A stretch of DNA of 63,196 bases, filler included, from Candidatus Tectimicrobiota bacterium (GTDB taxonomy: Bacteria > JACPSX01): the NCBI GenBank assembly GCA_016193065.1. It is 5 parts of 5 records of this genome, joined end to end, with 100 filler letters (N's around TTAATTAATTAA, not from the genome) between each part and the next. Parts side by side here need not be neighbours in the genome. Positions count along the whole stretch, not along the records: positions 14,289 to 39,368 come from JACPSX010000027.1; positions 39,469 to 49,365 come from JACPSX010000051.1; 3 more parts are not named here. The stretch is one strand, 5' to 3'. The notes under the pieces are model-generated. The model saw nothing but the letters and a program-made list of their open reading frames with translations, was not told the origin of the DNA and did no database searches. This document shows positions 29,901-40,662 of this stretch, piece by piece (within the stretch, counting starts at the first letter, position 1; the number at the start of each line of letters is the position of its first letter). The position numbers were made by a program, and so were the translations under genes.

Positions 29901-30966
29901 TTTTGGAGTCTGTTTCCGGGTCGCGACCTGGGGCGAGTCTCACGGAGAGGCGGTGGGGGTGGTGGTGGATGGCTGTCCGGCCGGTCTCCCGCTCGAAACG
30001 TCCGATGTGCAGAGGGAGCTCGATCGCCGGCGGGTGGGGCAGAGCAAGGTAACCTCCCCTCGCCAGGAGGCGGACCGTGTGCGGATTCTCTCCGGGATCT
30101 TTCAGGGGCTCACCATGGGAACGCCGATTTCCATGCTGGTTACTAACGAGGATGCGGACTCGAGCAAGTACGAGCCGATCCGGGACGTTTTCCGGCCGGG
30201 TCATGCCGATTATGGCTACTTCGCCAAATACGGGGTGAGGGATTACCGGGGCGGGGGACGCTCCAGCGCCCGGGAGACGGTGGGCCGGGTGGCCGCGGGG
30301 GCGATTGCGCGCAAGCTCCTCTTAAGCCGCGGGATCAAGATCGTGGGACACACGCAGATGATCGGCGGAATTGAAGCCGGGGCCTTCGTCGAGTCGGAAA
30401 TTGAAAACAATCTCGTCCGCTGCGCGGACCCCGAGGCGGCCCGGCAGATGGTTGACCTCATCTTGAAGGCTCGGGAAGAAAAGGACTCGCTGGGTGGAAT
30501 TGTGGAGGTGCGCGTTTCCGGGTTGCCGGCGGGTCTCGGCGAACCCGTTTTCGACAAGCTTGATGCGGACATCGCCAAGGGTCTCATGAGCATCGGAGCT
30601 ATTAAAGGGGTCGAGTTCGGGGACGGGTTCCAGGCGGCCCGGATGCGAGGATCGGAGCACAACGACCAATACCGGGTCGAAGAGGGCGTGGTGATCCCCA
30701 TTACGAACCACGGGGGCGGCGTCACGGGTGGAATTTCCAATGGCGCTGAGCTCGTGGTGCGGGCGGCCGTCAAACCCACCTCTTCCATCGAGCGGGAGCA
30801 GCAGACCGTGGACGAGGAGAGCCGGCAGCGGACCATTGAGATCAAGGGGCGCCACGACCCCTGCATTTGCCCCCGGATTGTCCCTGTCGCGGAGTCCATG
30901 GTGGCGCTGGTTCTTGCCGATCACCTGCTGCGAAATCGGGCAAGCCGGCTGAGGGCTAAGGGCTGA
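29887..30966 (+). CDS. aroC: Chorismate synthase
   Basis: [28 protein letters not shown]. Confidence 0.97.
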   Translation: MPGSSFGVCFRVATWGESHGEAVGVVVDGCPAGLPLETSDVQRELDRRRVGQSKVTSPRQEADRVRILSGIFQGLTMGTPISMLVTNEDADSSKYEPIRDVFRPGHADYGYFAKYGVRDYRGGGRSSARETVGRVAAGAIARKLLLSRGIKIVGHTQMIGGIEAGAFVESEIENNLVRCADPEAARQMVDLILKAREEKDSLGGIVEVRVSGLPAGLGEPVFDKLDADIAKGLMSIGAIKGVEFGDGFQAARMRGSEHNDQYRVEEGVVIPITNHGGGVTGGISNGAELVVRAAVKPTSSIEREQQTVDEESRQRTIEIKGRHDPCICPRIVPVAESMVALVLADHLLRNRASRLRAKG

Positions 30967-31031
30967 GGGCTAAGGGCTGAGAGCTAAGGGCCAAGAGCTG
31001 AGGGCTGCTCTAGGCTCTTAGCTCTAAGCTA
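30948..31031. repeat. Heptamer tandem repeat (GCTRAGR x ~8) plus inverted units
   Basis: GCTGAGG GCTAAGG GCTGAGG GCTAAGG GCTGAGA GCTAAGG GCCAAGA GCTGAGG ... CTCTTAGC. Confidence 0.85.
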
Positions 31032-31043
31032 AAGGCAACAGTT

Positions 31044-32330
31044 ATGATTTTGACCGTCCGGCCGGGGAATCTCAAAGGCTCGGTGGAGATTCCTTCCTCC
31101 AAATCCCATACGATCCGGTCCCTGGCTTTTGCCACACTGGCTGGTGGAGATTCGGAGATTCTTGCGCCGCTTGACTCCGAGGATGGCCGCTCGGCCCGGG
31201 AGGCCTGCCGGCTTCTGGGAGCTCAAATCGAGGTGGGGGAGACCTGGAAGGTGCGGGGTACGGGTAGTCTGCCCGCCTCTCCTGAAGCGATAATCGATGT
31301 GGGGAATTCGGGTACGACGGCCCGTATTGCCACGGGGATGGCCACTCTCCTGGACGGCACGTTTGCCGTCATTACGGGGGATGCCCAGACCCGCCGCCGC
31401 CCCATGGGGCCGCTGATTGAGGCCCTGGGCCGTCTGGGGGGAAGAGTCTTTTCCACCCGCGGTAACGGCTTCCTGCCCGTGGTGGCGGGGGGGAGGCTGA
31501 AGGGGGGAATCACCTCTGTGGCGGGGATCACCTCCCAGTTTCTCACGAGCTTGCTGATCTCGACTCCGCTGGCTCGCGGGGACAGTCAGATTCAGGTCAT
31601 CGACCTGCACGAGAAGCCGTATGTGGACATGACCCTGTGGTGGCTCGATCGTCTGGGGATACGTTACGAAAGACGGGGGTACGAGGAATTCTTCGTATAC
31701 GGCAGCCAGACCTACCCCTCTTTCAGGCAAGCGATTCCGGGGGATTTTTCCTCGGCCACGTTTTTCCTGTGCGCGGCGGCCATGACGGATTCCGATGTGA
31801 CCCTGACAGGTCTGGATTTGAGCGATCCGCAGGGGGACAAGCAGGTGATTGACATGCTCGCGGCCATGGGGGCCCGCATCGAATCGGGCCCCGGCGGAAT
31901 TCGGGTTCGGGGGGGAGATTTAAAGGGGATGGATCTCGATTTGGGGGACACTCCGGATGCTCTGCCGGCGCTGGCCGTGGTGGGCTGTAAAGCCCGGGGC
32001 ACCACGCGTTTACTCAATGTCCCTCAGGCCCGCATCAAGGAAACAGACCGGATCGCGGTCATGGCCCGCGAGATTACCCGGATGGGAGGCCGCATCCAGG
32101 AACTTGCCGATGGCCTTGTCATCGAAGAAAGCTCCCTGCGGGGAACCGAGGTGGATGGACACGGGGATCACCGTGTGGTCATGAGCCTGGCCATTGCGGG
32201 CTTGGTTGCCCGTGGGACGACCTGGGTGGGCACGGCGGAAGCCATCTCGGTGACCTTTCCCAACTTTCCCGCACTTCTCGCCCGGTTGGGGGCCGAGTTA
32301 ACCTTAGATCACTCCAAAGGTAATCTGTAA
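31044..32330 (+). CDS. aroA: EPSP synthase
   Basis: PSSKSHTIR, GNSGTTAR, KETDRI, DHRVVMS. Confidence 0.95.
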   Translation: MILTVRPGNLKGSVEIPSSKSHTIRSLAFATLAGGDSEILAPLDSEDGRSAREACRLLGAQIEVGETWKVRGTGSLPASPEAIIDVGNSGTTARIATGMATLLDGTFAVITGDAQTRRRPMGPLIEALGRLGGRVFSTRGNGFLPVVAGGRLKGGITSVAGITSQFLTSLLISTPLARGDSQIQVIDLHEKPYVDMTLWWLDRLGIRYERRGYEEFFVYGSQTYPSFRQAIPGDFSSATFFLCAAAMTDSDVTLTGLDLSDPQGDKQVIDMLAAMGARIESGPGGIRVRGGDLKGMDLDLGDTPDALPALAVVGCKARGTTRLLNVPQARIKETDRIAVMAREITRMGGRIQELADGLVIEESSLRGTEVDGHGDHRVVMSLAIAGLVARGTTWVGTAEAISVTFPNFPALLARLGAELTLDHSKGNL

Positions 32331-32389
32331 CAAGCTGAATTTCAAAGAGATTAGAGGATAACCGAGGGTTGACTTGCAAGGTTTTCGTC

Positions 32390-32418
32390 TTGACAAGAGG
32401 GGGGTCCCCTTATACGAT
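32390..32418 (+). promoter_or_regulatory. Sigma70 promoter of rpiB-glyA-nrdR
   Basis: TTGACA-17nt-TACGAT. Confidence 0.75.
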
Positions 32419-32469
32419 CCTCAAGATGAAGCTGGCTCGAGAGAGCTTGTGTTTGTAGGGGGTTTCAAG

Positions 32470-32946
32470 ATGAAGATGGATGGGGAACAGGATCAGAAAC
32501 GGGGTCTTGAGGTCGCCATTGCGGCGGATCATGCCGGGTATCCTCTGAAGGAGGACCTTAAAAACTTTCTGAAGAATAAGGGGTATACCCCGATCGACCT
32601 GGGGACTCACAGTGCCGACCCGGTGGACTATCCCGATTTCGCGGACCCGCTGGCCCGGGGTATTTCCAATGGTGACTACGAGCGCGGCATTCTCATCTGC
32701 GGCACGGGCATCGGCATGTCGATGACCGCCAACCGTTTCCCGGGGGTGCGGGCGGCCCTGGTGCAAGATGCCGAGACGGCCCGGTTAAGCAGGGAACACA
32801 ATGATGCCAATGTCCTGGTGCTGGGAGGCCGCGTCACTCCGTTCGAGAGCGCCCGGGAGATTCTCGAGGTGTGGCTTGCGACGGAATTTGCCGGGGGCCG
32901 GCATGAGCGCCGCATTCAAAAAATGGAACGATTGAACGGCAACTAG
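32470..32946 (+). CDS. rpiB: Ribose-5-phosphate isomerase B
   Basis: ADHAG, DYPD, CGTGIG, HNDAN, GGRH. Confidence 0.95.
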   Translation: MKMDGEQDQKRGLEVAIAADHAGYPLKEDLKNFLKNKGYTPIDLGTHSADPVDYPDFADPLARGISNGDYERGILICGTGIGMSMTANRFPGVRAALVQDAETARLSREHNDANVLVLGGRVTPFESAREILEVWLATEFAGGRHERRIQKMERLNGN

Positions 32947-32961
32947 CAGAAGAGGAAAAGG

Positions 32962-34215
32962 ATGAAAAGACTCGCCGAAGTAGACCCCGAAGTAGCCGAA
33001 GCGATTCGCCTGGAGACGGAGCGCCAGGCCGGCAACCTGGAGCTCATCGCCTCCGAGAACTTTGTCAGCGAGGCGGTCCTGGAAGCCCAGGGTTGCATCA
33101 TGACGAACAAATATGCCGAGGGGCTTCCGGGAAAGCGGTACTACGGGGGATGCCAGTATGTCGACATCGTGGAAGAGCTGGCGCGGCAGAGGGCCAAGGC
33201 GCTCTTCGGCGCCGATCACGCCAATGTGCAGCCCCATTCGGGAGCCCAGGCGAATATGGCGGTCTACATGGCGACTCTGGCCCCGGGGGATACGTATCTC
33301 GGGATGAACCTGAGCCATGGCGGGCACCTGACTCACGGCAGTCCGGTCAACTTCAGCGGCCGGCTCTATCGCGTGGTTCCCTACGGGGTGCGCAAGGACA
33401 CGGAAACGATCGACTACGATCAGGTCATGGATCTGGCCCGGGAGCACCGGCCCAAGTTGATCGTGGTGGGGGCCAGCGCCTACCCGCGCATCATCGACTT
33501 CAAAGTCTTCCGGGAAATTGCCGACACCGTGGGAGCCAAAGTCATGGTGGACATGGCCCACATCGCCGGCCTGGTGGCGGCCCGCCTTCATCCCAATCCT
33601 GTCCCCTATGCCGAATTCGTCACCACGACGGTCCACAAGACCCTGCGCGGACCCCGCAGCGGCATGATTTTGTGCCGGCAGGAGTACGCCGCCGCGATCG
33701 ACAAGTCCGTTTTCCCCGGCACCCAGGGGGGGCCGCTCATGCACGTGATTGCCGCCAAGGCGGTGGCCCTCAAAGAAGCCATGGGCGAGGATTTCGTGCT
33801 CTACCAGCGGCAGATCGTGGCCAACACGCGGGCTTTGGGGAAAAGGCTGCAAGAGCGCGGATTCCGTCTGGTCTCGGGCGGCACGGACAACCATCTCCTG
33901 CTGGTGGATCTACGGACCAAGAACATGACCGGAAAGGAAGCCGAGGAAACTCTGGATCGCTGCGCCATCACGGTCAACAAGAACACGATTCCATTCGAGG
34001 AGAGAAGTCCCTTCGTCACCAGCGGCATCCGCATCGGGACGCCGGCCGTAACCACCCGGGGCATGAAGGAGCGGGAGATGGAGATGATCGGAGAGTTCAT
34101 CGCGAACGCTCTGGAGAGGCGGCAGGATGCGGAGGCACTGGCGGAGATCCGGGAGCAGGTTCACACCCTGTGTAAGGACTTCCCTCTCTACGCCGAACGG
34201 TTGGCCGTCTATTAG
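32962..34215 (+). CDS. glyA: Serine hydroxymethyltransferase
   Basis: [31 protein letters not shown]. Confidence 0.98.
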   Translation: MKRLAEVDPEVAEAIRLETERQAGNLELIASENFVSEAVLEAQGCIMTNKYAEGLPGKRYYGGCQYVDIVEELARQRAKALFGADHANVQPHSGAQANMAVYMATLAPGDTYLGMNLSHGGHLTHGSPVNFSGRLYRVVPYGVRKDTETIDYDQVMDLAREHRPKLIVVGASAYPRIIDFKVFREIADTVGAKVMVDMAHIAGLVAARLHPNPVPYAEFVTTTVHKTLRGPRSGMILCRQEYAAAIDKSVFPGTQGGPLMHVIAAKAVALKEAMGEDFVLYQRQIVANTRALGKRLQERGFRLVSGGTDNHLLLVDLRTKNMTGKEAEETLDRCAITVNKNTIPFEERSPFVTSGIRIGTPAVTTRGMKEREMEMIGEFIANALERRQDAEALAEIREQVHTLCKDFPLYAERLAVY

Positions 34216-34234
34216 AGGGGCGCAAAACAAAAAC

Positions 34235-34693
34235 ATGAAATGCCCCTCTTGTGCCAGCGTTGAAAACAAAGTCGTGGACTCCCGTCTCAGCAAGGAGGGG
34301 GACGTGATCCGCAGGAGGCGGGAGTGCCTGAAGTGCAACCGGCGCTTTACAACGTACGAGCGGGTCGAGGAGAGCCTGCCTCTGGTGATCAAGAAGGATG
34401 GTCGGCGGGAACCGTTTGACTCCCAGAAGATCTTGACCGGGATTCAGAAAGCCTGCGAGAAGCGCCCCATCAGCATCGCCGACCAGGAGGAGGTGGTGCG
34501 GCGGATCGAGAAGATGATGATCGAACGCGGGGAGCGCGAGGTCCCCAGCGAGGTGATCGGCGAACGGGTCATGAAGGAGCTGCACGACCTGGATCAAGTC
34601 GCCTACGTGAGGTTCGCCTCGGTCTACCGGTCTTTTAAGGACATCAACGAGTTCATGAACGAGCTGAAGGAACTCCTCGATGAACGCCACTGA
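34235..34693 (+). CDS. nrdR: Transcriptional repressor NrdR
   Basis: MKCPSC..VVDSR..IRRRREC..RFTTYE, ATP cone, [10 protein letters not shown]. Confidence 0.97.
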   Translation: MKCPSCASVENKVVDSRLSKEGDVIRRRRECLKCNRRFTTYERVEESLPLVIKKDGRREPFDSQKILTGIQKACEKRPISIADQEEVVRRIEKMMIERGEREVPSEVIGERVMKELHDLDQVAYVRFASVYRSFKDINEFMNELKELLDERH

Positions 34694-35390
34694 GGATTTG
34701 CCGCCAAAATCCGGAGCCGCTTCAGGTCTTCAGGCCCGCTATTATCCCGTCTTTCTTGACGTGGCTGGAAGGCGCTGCGTGGTGATTGGGGGTGGGGAAG
34801 TGGCGGAGCGTAAGGTGGAGATGCTCCTGGCCTGCGGTGCCGAGGTGACGGTGGTGAGTCCCCAGATGACTCCGAGGCTGGCGTTCCTCTCTCAGCAGGG
34901 GAGCATCCATCACGAAAAGCGGGAATTCTTCCTCTCTTGTCTGGAGGGGGCTTTTCTCGTCATCGGGGCCACCGATGATGAGAACGTGAACCACGCTGTT
35001 TGGCGGGAGGGGCAAAGCCGCCATCTCCTCGTCAACGTCGTCGACGCCCCGGAGCTGTGCAACTTCATTGCTCCCGCTGTCTTTCAGCAGGGGGACCTGC
35101 TCATCAGCATCTCCACCAGCGGCAAGAGCCCGGCCTTGGCCAAAAGGATCCGCCAGGATTTGGAATCTCGATACGGGTCGGAATACGCGGAGTTCCTTAA
35201 AATCCTGGGAGACATGAGGGAACGGGTCTTCTCGGCAGTCCCCCAAGTGGAGCAGCGCAAGGAGGTCTTCGAGCGTCTGGTGGTTTCGGAAATCCTGGAT
35301 CTCCTGCGCCAGGGCAACTCTGCGGAAGCACGGCGGCGGGCCGAAGAGATCGTGCGGCAAGCGGTTGAAAGCGCTCGGGGGAAGGGATAG
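34680..35390 (+). CDS. Precorrin-2 dehydrogenase/sirohydrochlorin ferrochelatase (SirC/CysG N-terminal)
   Basis: [31 protein letters not shown]. Confidence 0.92.
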   Translation: MNATEDLPPKSGAASGLQARYYPVFLDVAGRRCVVIGGGEVAERKVEMLLACGAEVTVVSPQMTPRLAFLSQQGSIHHEKREFFLSCLEGAFLVIGATDDENVNHAVWREGQSRHLLVNVVDAPELCNFIAPAVFQQGDLLISISTSGKSPALAKRIRQDLESRYGSEYAEFLKILGDMRERVFSAVPQVEQRKEVFERLVVSEILDLLRQGNSAEARRRAEEIVRQAVESARGKG

Positions 35391-35395
35391 AAGGA

Positions 35396-36358
35396 ATGTC
35401 ACTCCCGCTGGTCTACTACGGCATTATCCTTTTGTGCTACCTGGTGGGGTCTGTTTCCCACTGGGTGTACTTGAGTTCGCGGCGCCGCGAGCTGATGACT
35501 CTGGGCATGGCCGCCGTCATCACGGGCTTCGGGTTCCAGACGGTTCTGCTGGCCGTGCGGACACTGCGCTGGGGCCGCGTACCTCTCACCAACTTCTACG
35601 AATGGATGACTTTTTTTTCCTGGGCGATGATTCTTCTCTACCTGCTGGTCTATGGACGCTACCGTCTCAGAGCCCTCGGGGCGTTTGTCGTCCCCATGGC
35701 CTTCCTGGCCCTGGCCATTGTGGGAATCACCCCCCACGACGTCACCGAGTTTTTCCCGGCCCTGGACAGCGTCTGGCTTTCCCTCCACATCTTTTTCTCT
35801 TTTTTGGGAAACGCGGCTTTCGCCCTTACCTTCGGGGTGGGAATCATGTACCTCTTCCAGCAGGGGCAGCTTAAGTCCAAGAAGCTGGGCTCCCTCTATT
35901 TCCGCCTCCCCTCCCTGGAGATTCTCGATCAACTCAACTATCGCTCGTTGATGAGCGGGTTTCCCCTGCTCACTCTGGGATTGGTGATGGGTTCTCTCTG
36001 GTCACTGCACGTCAAGGGCACGATTCTCTGGGACCTTGCCCGGGTTCTCCCACAGGTGGTTTCCTGGGCCATCTATGCGTTTCTCTTCGTGGGGAGGCTG
36101 GGGATGGGCTGGCGGGGGAAACGGGCCGCGCTGGGATCGGTGATCGGGTTCGTGGTGGTTGTCTTGGGTTACGCCCATTGCGGTGAGAGAGCAGATGGCT
36201 TTTTCCGAGGCGATGCTGGAGGAGTCTCTGGAAAGCCTGCGGCGGATCCCCGATCTGGAGGAAGGGGTCATTTTGTCGACCTGCAACCGGGTGGAAATCT
36301 GCGCTCATGTCTTGAACGGAAATCTGGGACTGCCTCAAATTCAGGAGTACCTGTGTAA
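35396..36358 (+). CDS. ccsA: CcsA/HemX-like cytochrome c assembly protein; real homology ends near 36170, then reads through into hemA
   Basis: WLSLH, LPSLEILD, GFPLLTLG, GWRGKRAA; tail after VLGY is off-frame hemA sequence. Confidence 0.8.
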   Translation: MSLPLVYYGIILLCYLVGSVSHWVYLSSRRRELMTLGMAAVITGFGFQTVLLAVRTLRWGRVPLTNFYEWMTFFSWAMILLYLLVYGRYRLRALGAFVVPMAFLALAIVGITPHDVTEFFPALDSVWLSLHIFFSFLGNAAFALTFGVGIMYLFQQGQLKSKKLGSLYFRLPSLEILDQLNYRSLMSGFPLLTLGLVMGSLWSLHVKGTILWDLARVLPQVVSWAIYAFLFVGRLGMGWRGKRAALGSVIGFVVVVLGYAHCGERADGFFRGDAGGVSGKPAADPRSGGRGHFVDLQPGGNLRSCLERKSGTASNSGVPV

Positions 36359-37418
36359 AGTTCACGGCATCGATCCGGCTGACGTTGGCCGGTTTCTCTA
36401 TGCGTATCAGGATGCGCAAGCCGTGGCTCACGTTTTCCGGGTGGCGGCGAGCCTGGATTCCATGGTCGTCGGGGAACCTCAAATTACGGGACAGGTCAAA
36501 GATGCTTACGCCAGAGCCCGCAAATGCGGAGCCATAGGGCCGGTCCTGAGCCAGCTTTTCGACCGGGCGCTGGCCGCCGCCAAACGGGTGCGCACGGAAA
36601 CGGCCGTGGGGGAGAGCGCCGTCTCGGTGAGCTTTGCCGCCGTGGAGCTGGCCCGCAAGATCTTCGGCTCCCTGGAGGATAAAGTGGTCATGCTGGTGGG
36701 GGCCGGAGAAACCGCCGAGCTGGCTGCCCGGCACCTGGTCAGCAACGGGGTGAAAACTGTTTTTGTCGCTAACCGCACCTACGAGCGGGCGGTGCGGCTG
36801 GCCCAGGAGTTCGGCGGCAGCGCCGTGCACTTTGACCGCCTGGCTCAGGAGCTGAGACGGGTGGACATCGTGATTACTTCCACGGGGGCCCCGCACTACT
36901 TGATCGACCCGATTACCGTCCAGGAATGCATCCGCGTTCGGCGCCACCGCCCCCTGTTTTTCATCGATATCGCCGTGCCGCGGGACGTGGACCCGGCGGT
37001 TCACCAGATCGGCGACGTCTACCTGTACGATATCGACGACCTGCAGTCGGTCGTGGAGGCCAACCTCAAGGAGCGCGAGAAGGAAGCGGAAGTCGCCGAG
37101 AAGATTATTTCGGAAGAGGTATTCAAGTTCTGGGGATGGCTCGAAGCCAGGGATGCGGTCCCCGTGATTGTTTCCCTGCGCCAGTGGGCGGAGGAGATCC
37201 GCAGCCGCGAGCTGGAAAAAGCTCTGCAGCAGTTGGGACCCCTTTCGGAACGGGACCGGCGCACGGTGGAGATCCTGACCACTTCCATCGTCAACAAACT
37301 CCTCCATACTCCCATCGTGAACTTAAAGGATTCGGGGGAAAAAGTCGGGGAGAGGGGTCATTACCTGAAGGTTGTCCGCCACCTGTTCGGTCTCGGACGG
37401 AAAGAAGAATCATCATGA
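36170..37418 (+). CDS. hemA: Glutamyl-tRNA reductase; first ~12 codons missing
   Basis: PIAVREQ, LSTCNRVE, SLDSMVVGEPQI, GAGE, IDIAVPRD. Confidence 0.92.
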
Positions 37419-38362
37419 GCGAGCCGGTAGTCATCGGAGCGCGGGGGAGCCCGCTGGCGCTCTGGCAGGCCAACTGGGTGCGGGGCGCCCTGGAAACAGC
37501 GCGGCCCGAGCTGCGGATCGAGATCCGCAAGATCGTCACCAGCGGGGACATGTTTGTCCAGGGTCCCCTGGCCCTGGCGGGGGGAAAGGGGCTTTTCGTC
37601 AAGGAAATTGAAATGGCTCTCCAGAGGGGGGAGATCGACCTGGCGGTTCATAGCATGAAGGACGTGCCTGCGGAGTTCCCCCCGGGTCTTGGAATCGGGG
37701 CAATCCCTCCCCGCCAGGACCCCCGCGACGTCTTCCTGTCCCGGCGCCGGATTCCCATTACGGAAATGCCTGCGGGTTCGCGGATTGGTACCAGCAGCTT
37801 GCGGCGCCAATGTCAGCTCCTTCACCATTTTCCCGGGTTTCGGATCGTTGCCCTGCGGGGCAACGTGGATACCCGGATCCGAAAACTGCGGGAGGGGCAG
37901 GAACTGGACGGGATCGTTATGGCGGCTGCCGGTCTGAAGCGCCTTGGGCTGGAAGCGGAAATCGACCAGTTTCTGGAAGCCGACTTCCTCCTGCCGGCGA
38001 TCGGACAGGGAGCTCTGGGAATCGAGGTCCGTCTGAAAGATACCCGGATCCAGCAGTGGGTGGCGGGTCTTAACGACCCCGATACAGCTCGTCAGGTCCA
38101 GGCCGAGCGCGCTTTCCTGAAGACCATGCAGGGCGGGTGCCAGGTGCCCGTGGCAGCTTTCGCAAGCTTGCAGGGAGGGGAGCTTATCCTGCACGGGCTG
38201 GTGGCTTCCCTGGACGGCCGGCGGGTGGTTCGGGACCGCGTTCACGGCGACCCGGGGCAGGCGGTTGCTCTCGGAGTGCGGTTGGGAGAAAAACTCCTGG
38301 CCGCGGGCGGGCGGGAGATCTTGCAAGAAATCTTCGCGCCGGGAGCAGGTAAGACTTCATGA
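37415..38362 (+). CDS. hemC: Hydroxymethylbilane synthase
   Basis: RGSPLALWQ, GKGLFVKE, AVHSMKD, GTSSLRR, GGCQVP. Confidence 0.97.
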   Translation: MSEPVVIGARGSPLALWQANWVRGALETARPELRIEIRKIVTSGDMFVQGPLALAGGKGLFVKEIEMALQRGEIDLAVHSMKDVPAEFPPGLGIGAIPPRQDPRDVFLSRRRIPITEMPAGSRIGTSSLRRQCQLLHHFPGFRIVALRGNVDTRIRKLREGQELDGIVMAAAGLKRLGLEAEIDQFLEADFLLPAIGQGALGIEVRLKDTRIQQWVAGLNDPDTARQVQAERAFLKTMQGGCQVPVAAFASLQGGELILHGLVASLDGRRVVRDRVHGDPGQAVALGVRLGEKLLAAGGREILQEIFAPGAGKTS

Positions 38363-39368
38363 GCACAGGGAAGCTTGCAGGAAGCCGACGTGGTGATTTA
38401 CGACTGGCTTTCCAGCCCGGATCTCCTCTCCTTAGTCCCTGCCCATGCGGAACTGATCTATGTGGGAAAGCGGGCGGGAATTCACACTCTCCCTCAGGAC
38501 AAAATCAACCAGCTCCTCGTGGAGAAGGCCCGGGCGGGACTCCGTGTGGTTCGTTTGAAGGGGGGGGACCCGTTTATTTTCGGCCGCGGTGGGGAAGAGG
38601 CGGAGACGCTGGCAGGAGAAGGAATCGAGTTTGAGGTGGTGCCGGGGATTACTTCGGCTGTTGCTGTGCCCGCCTATGCGGGGATCCCTCTGACGCACAG
38701 GGAATTTTCTTCCTCTGTGGCCATTCTCACCGGATTTGAAGAGGGTGGGAAAAAAGAGTCGAGCATCGACTGGGAGAAGATCTCCACGGGTGTGGGCACG
38801 CTCGTTTTCCTGATGGGCGTCACGGCCCTGCCGCGGATCGTGCAGCAGCTCGTCCGGCACGGCCGGTCGCCGGATACTCCGGTGGCGGTCATACAGTGGG
38901 GCACGACCGCGCGCCAGCGCACCGTGGAGGGAACTCTGCGGACCATCGTGGAACTGGTCAATGCGGCAGGGCTCAGGCCGCCGGCCGTGACGGTGGTTGG
39001 CGATGTGGTCTCCTTGCGCCGGAAACTGCGCTGGTACGAATCCTTGCCGCTGTTTGGCAAGCGCATTGTGGTAACCCGGGCCCGGGGGCAGGCCGGCCGG
39101 TTCAGCGAGCGGCTGCGGCAGCTCGGGGCCCAACCTCTGGAGTTTCCGGTCATTGAGGTCCTGCCCCCCGAAAGTTGGGCGCCTTTGGATGACGCCATTT
39201 CCCGGCTTTCTTCCTTTTCATGGCTCATTTTTACCAGCGCCAACGGAGTCGGTTTTTTTGTGGAGCGGCTCTTCGCGCAGGGAAAGGATATGCGGGAGCT
39301 CAAGGGAGTCCGGGTGGCCGCCATCGGCAGCGAGACCTCTGTTGCTCTGGGCCAGAGAGGTTTAAAGG
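38359..39368 (+). CDS. cobA: Fused uroporphyrinogen-III methyltransferase/synthase (CobA-HemD); deletion and frameshift at 38374, 3'-truncated
   Basis: RLKGGDPFIFGRGGEE, AGIPLTHR, then PLFGKRIVVTR, IFTSANGV. Confidence 0.9.
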
Positions 39369-39468
39369 NNNNNNNNNNNNNNNNNNNNNNNNNNNNNNNN
39401 NNNNNNNNNNNNTTAATTAATTAANNNNNNNNNNNNNNNNNNNNNNNNNNNNNNNNNNNNNNNNNNNN
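39369..39468. other. Artificial contig linker
   Basis: N44-TTAATTAATTAA-N44. Confidence 0.99.
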
Positions 39469-40552
39469 CGAGCATCTTCCCCATGCTTTGCAGATCATGG
39501 GGAGCGGCTCCCCGGGATTGCAGAAGCTCCCGCAAAGCGCCCTCTTGCTGGAGGACGGAGTCGGGAACTCCGCCAATCTCCTTTAGCGCTCCCAGAAACG
39601 TGGCCCGCTTCCATGGCCGGGTGAGATCCACAGAGGTTCCTTGATAATCAAACTGCAACCCACCGCAGGCTTGCCGGGCGGAAGCGCTGATGAGCTCTTC
39701 CACAAAATCCATCATCTCCCGGTAGTCGGAATAGGCGGTGTAAAACTCCAGCATCGTGAATTCCGGATTGTGCTGGCTCGATACCCCCTCGTTGCGAAAA
39801 TTGCGATTGATCTCGAATACCCGGTCGTAGCCCCCGACCACCAAGCGCTTCAGGTAAAGTTCCGGGGCAATGCGCAGGTAGAGGTCCATGTTCAAGGCGT
39901 TGTGGTGGGTGACGAAGGGACGCGCCGCCGCCCCTCCGGCCACGGTCTGCATCATCGGGGTCTCGACTTCCAGGTATCCCCGGGAGAGGAGGAACTCGCG
40001 AATCTTGTGGATGATCGCGCTGCGCCGCTGAAAGACCTCGCGCACCTGGGGATTCACGATCAGATCCACGTAGCGCTGCCGATAGCGGATCTCCACGTCT
40101 TTGAGCCCGTGCCACTTTTCCGGCAAAGGCCGCAGGGATTTGCTGAGGAGAGTGACCTCCCGGGCCGCCAGAGTCAACTCCCCCGTCCGGGTCCGGAAAG
40201 GTTTCCCCCGAACCCCGATGAAATCACCGATGTCCAGAATCCTGGCCAGGCTCCGGTAGTTTTGCTCCCCCAGCTCATCGGAGCGCAGGTAAATCTGAAC
40301 CGCTCCGCTGCCATCCCGGATGTGGCAAAAGGAGCTGCGGCCGTGGCTACGGTAAGACATGACGCGGCCGGCCACCACAAACTCGGCGGAAAGCTGCTCG
40401 AGCCCTTCGGCGCTCAGGGCGGTCACTTGCTCGACCAAGCCGGAGATGCTGGAGGTGGTTTTAAACCGGTTTACGTAAGCGGGGTCCCCGCGGGATTGCA
40501 GATCCTCCAGCTTGATCAGCCGTTGCTTCATCAAATCACTGAATTCATCCAC
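39469..40552 (-). CDS. lysS: Lysyl-tRNA synthetase (3'-truncated)
   Basis: PLPEKWHGL, RYRQRY, GGAAARPF, LRIAPELYLKRL, FRNEG. Confidence 0.97.
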
Positions 40553-40662
40553 AGTCCGCCCCCTGACTTCTCCATCCCCGCGCTGTCCCCGGCCCGGGGC
40601 AGCGGGAGTTCCACAGGACTATAGCCGCCGGCCGCGACCCGGTCAAGACAAATGCCTTGAAA

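Noticed and set aside
30948-31031. Possible CRISPR array
   Set aside because: 7-nt tandem units without spacers; no cas genes anywhere in the window.
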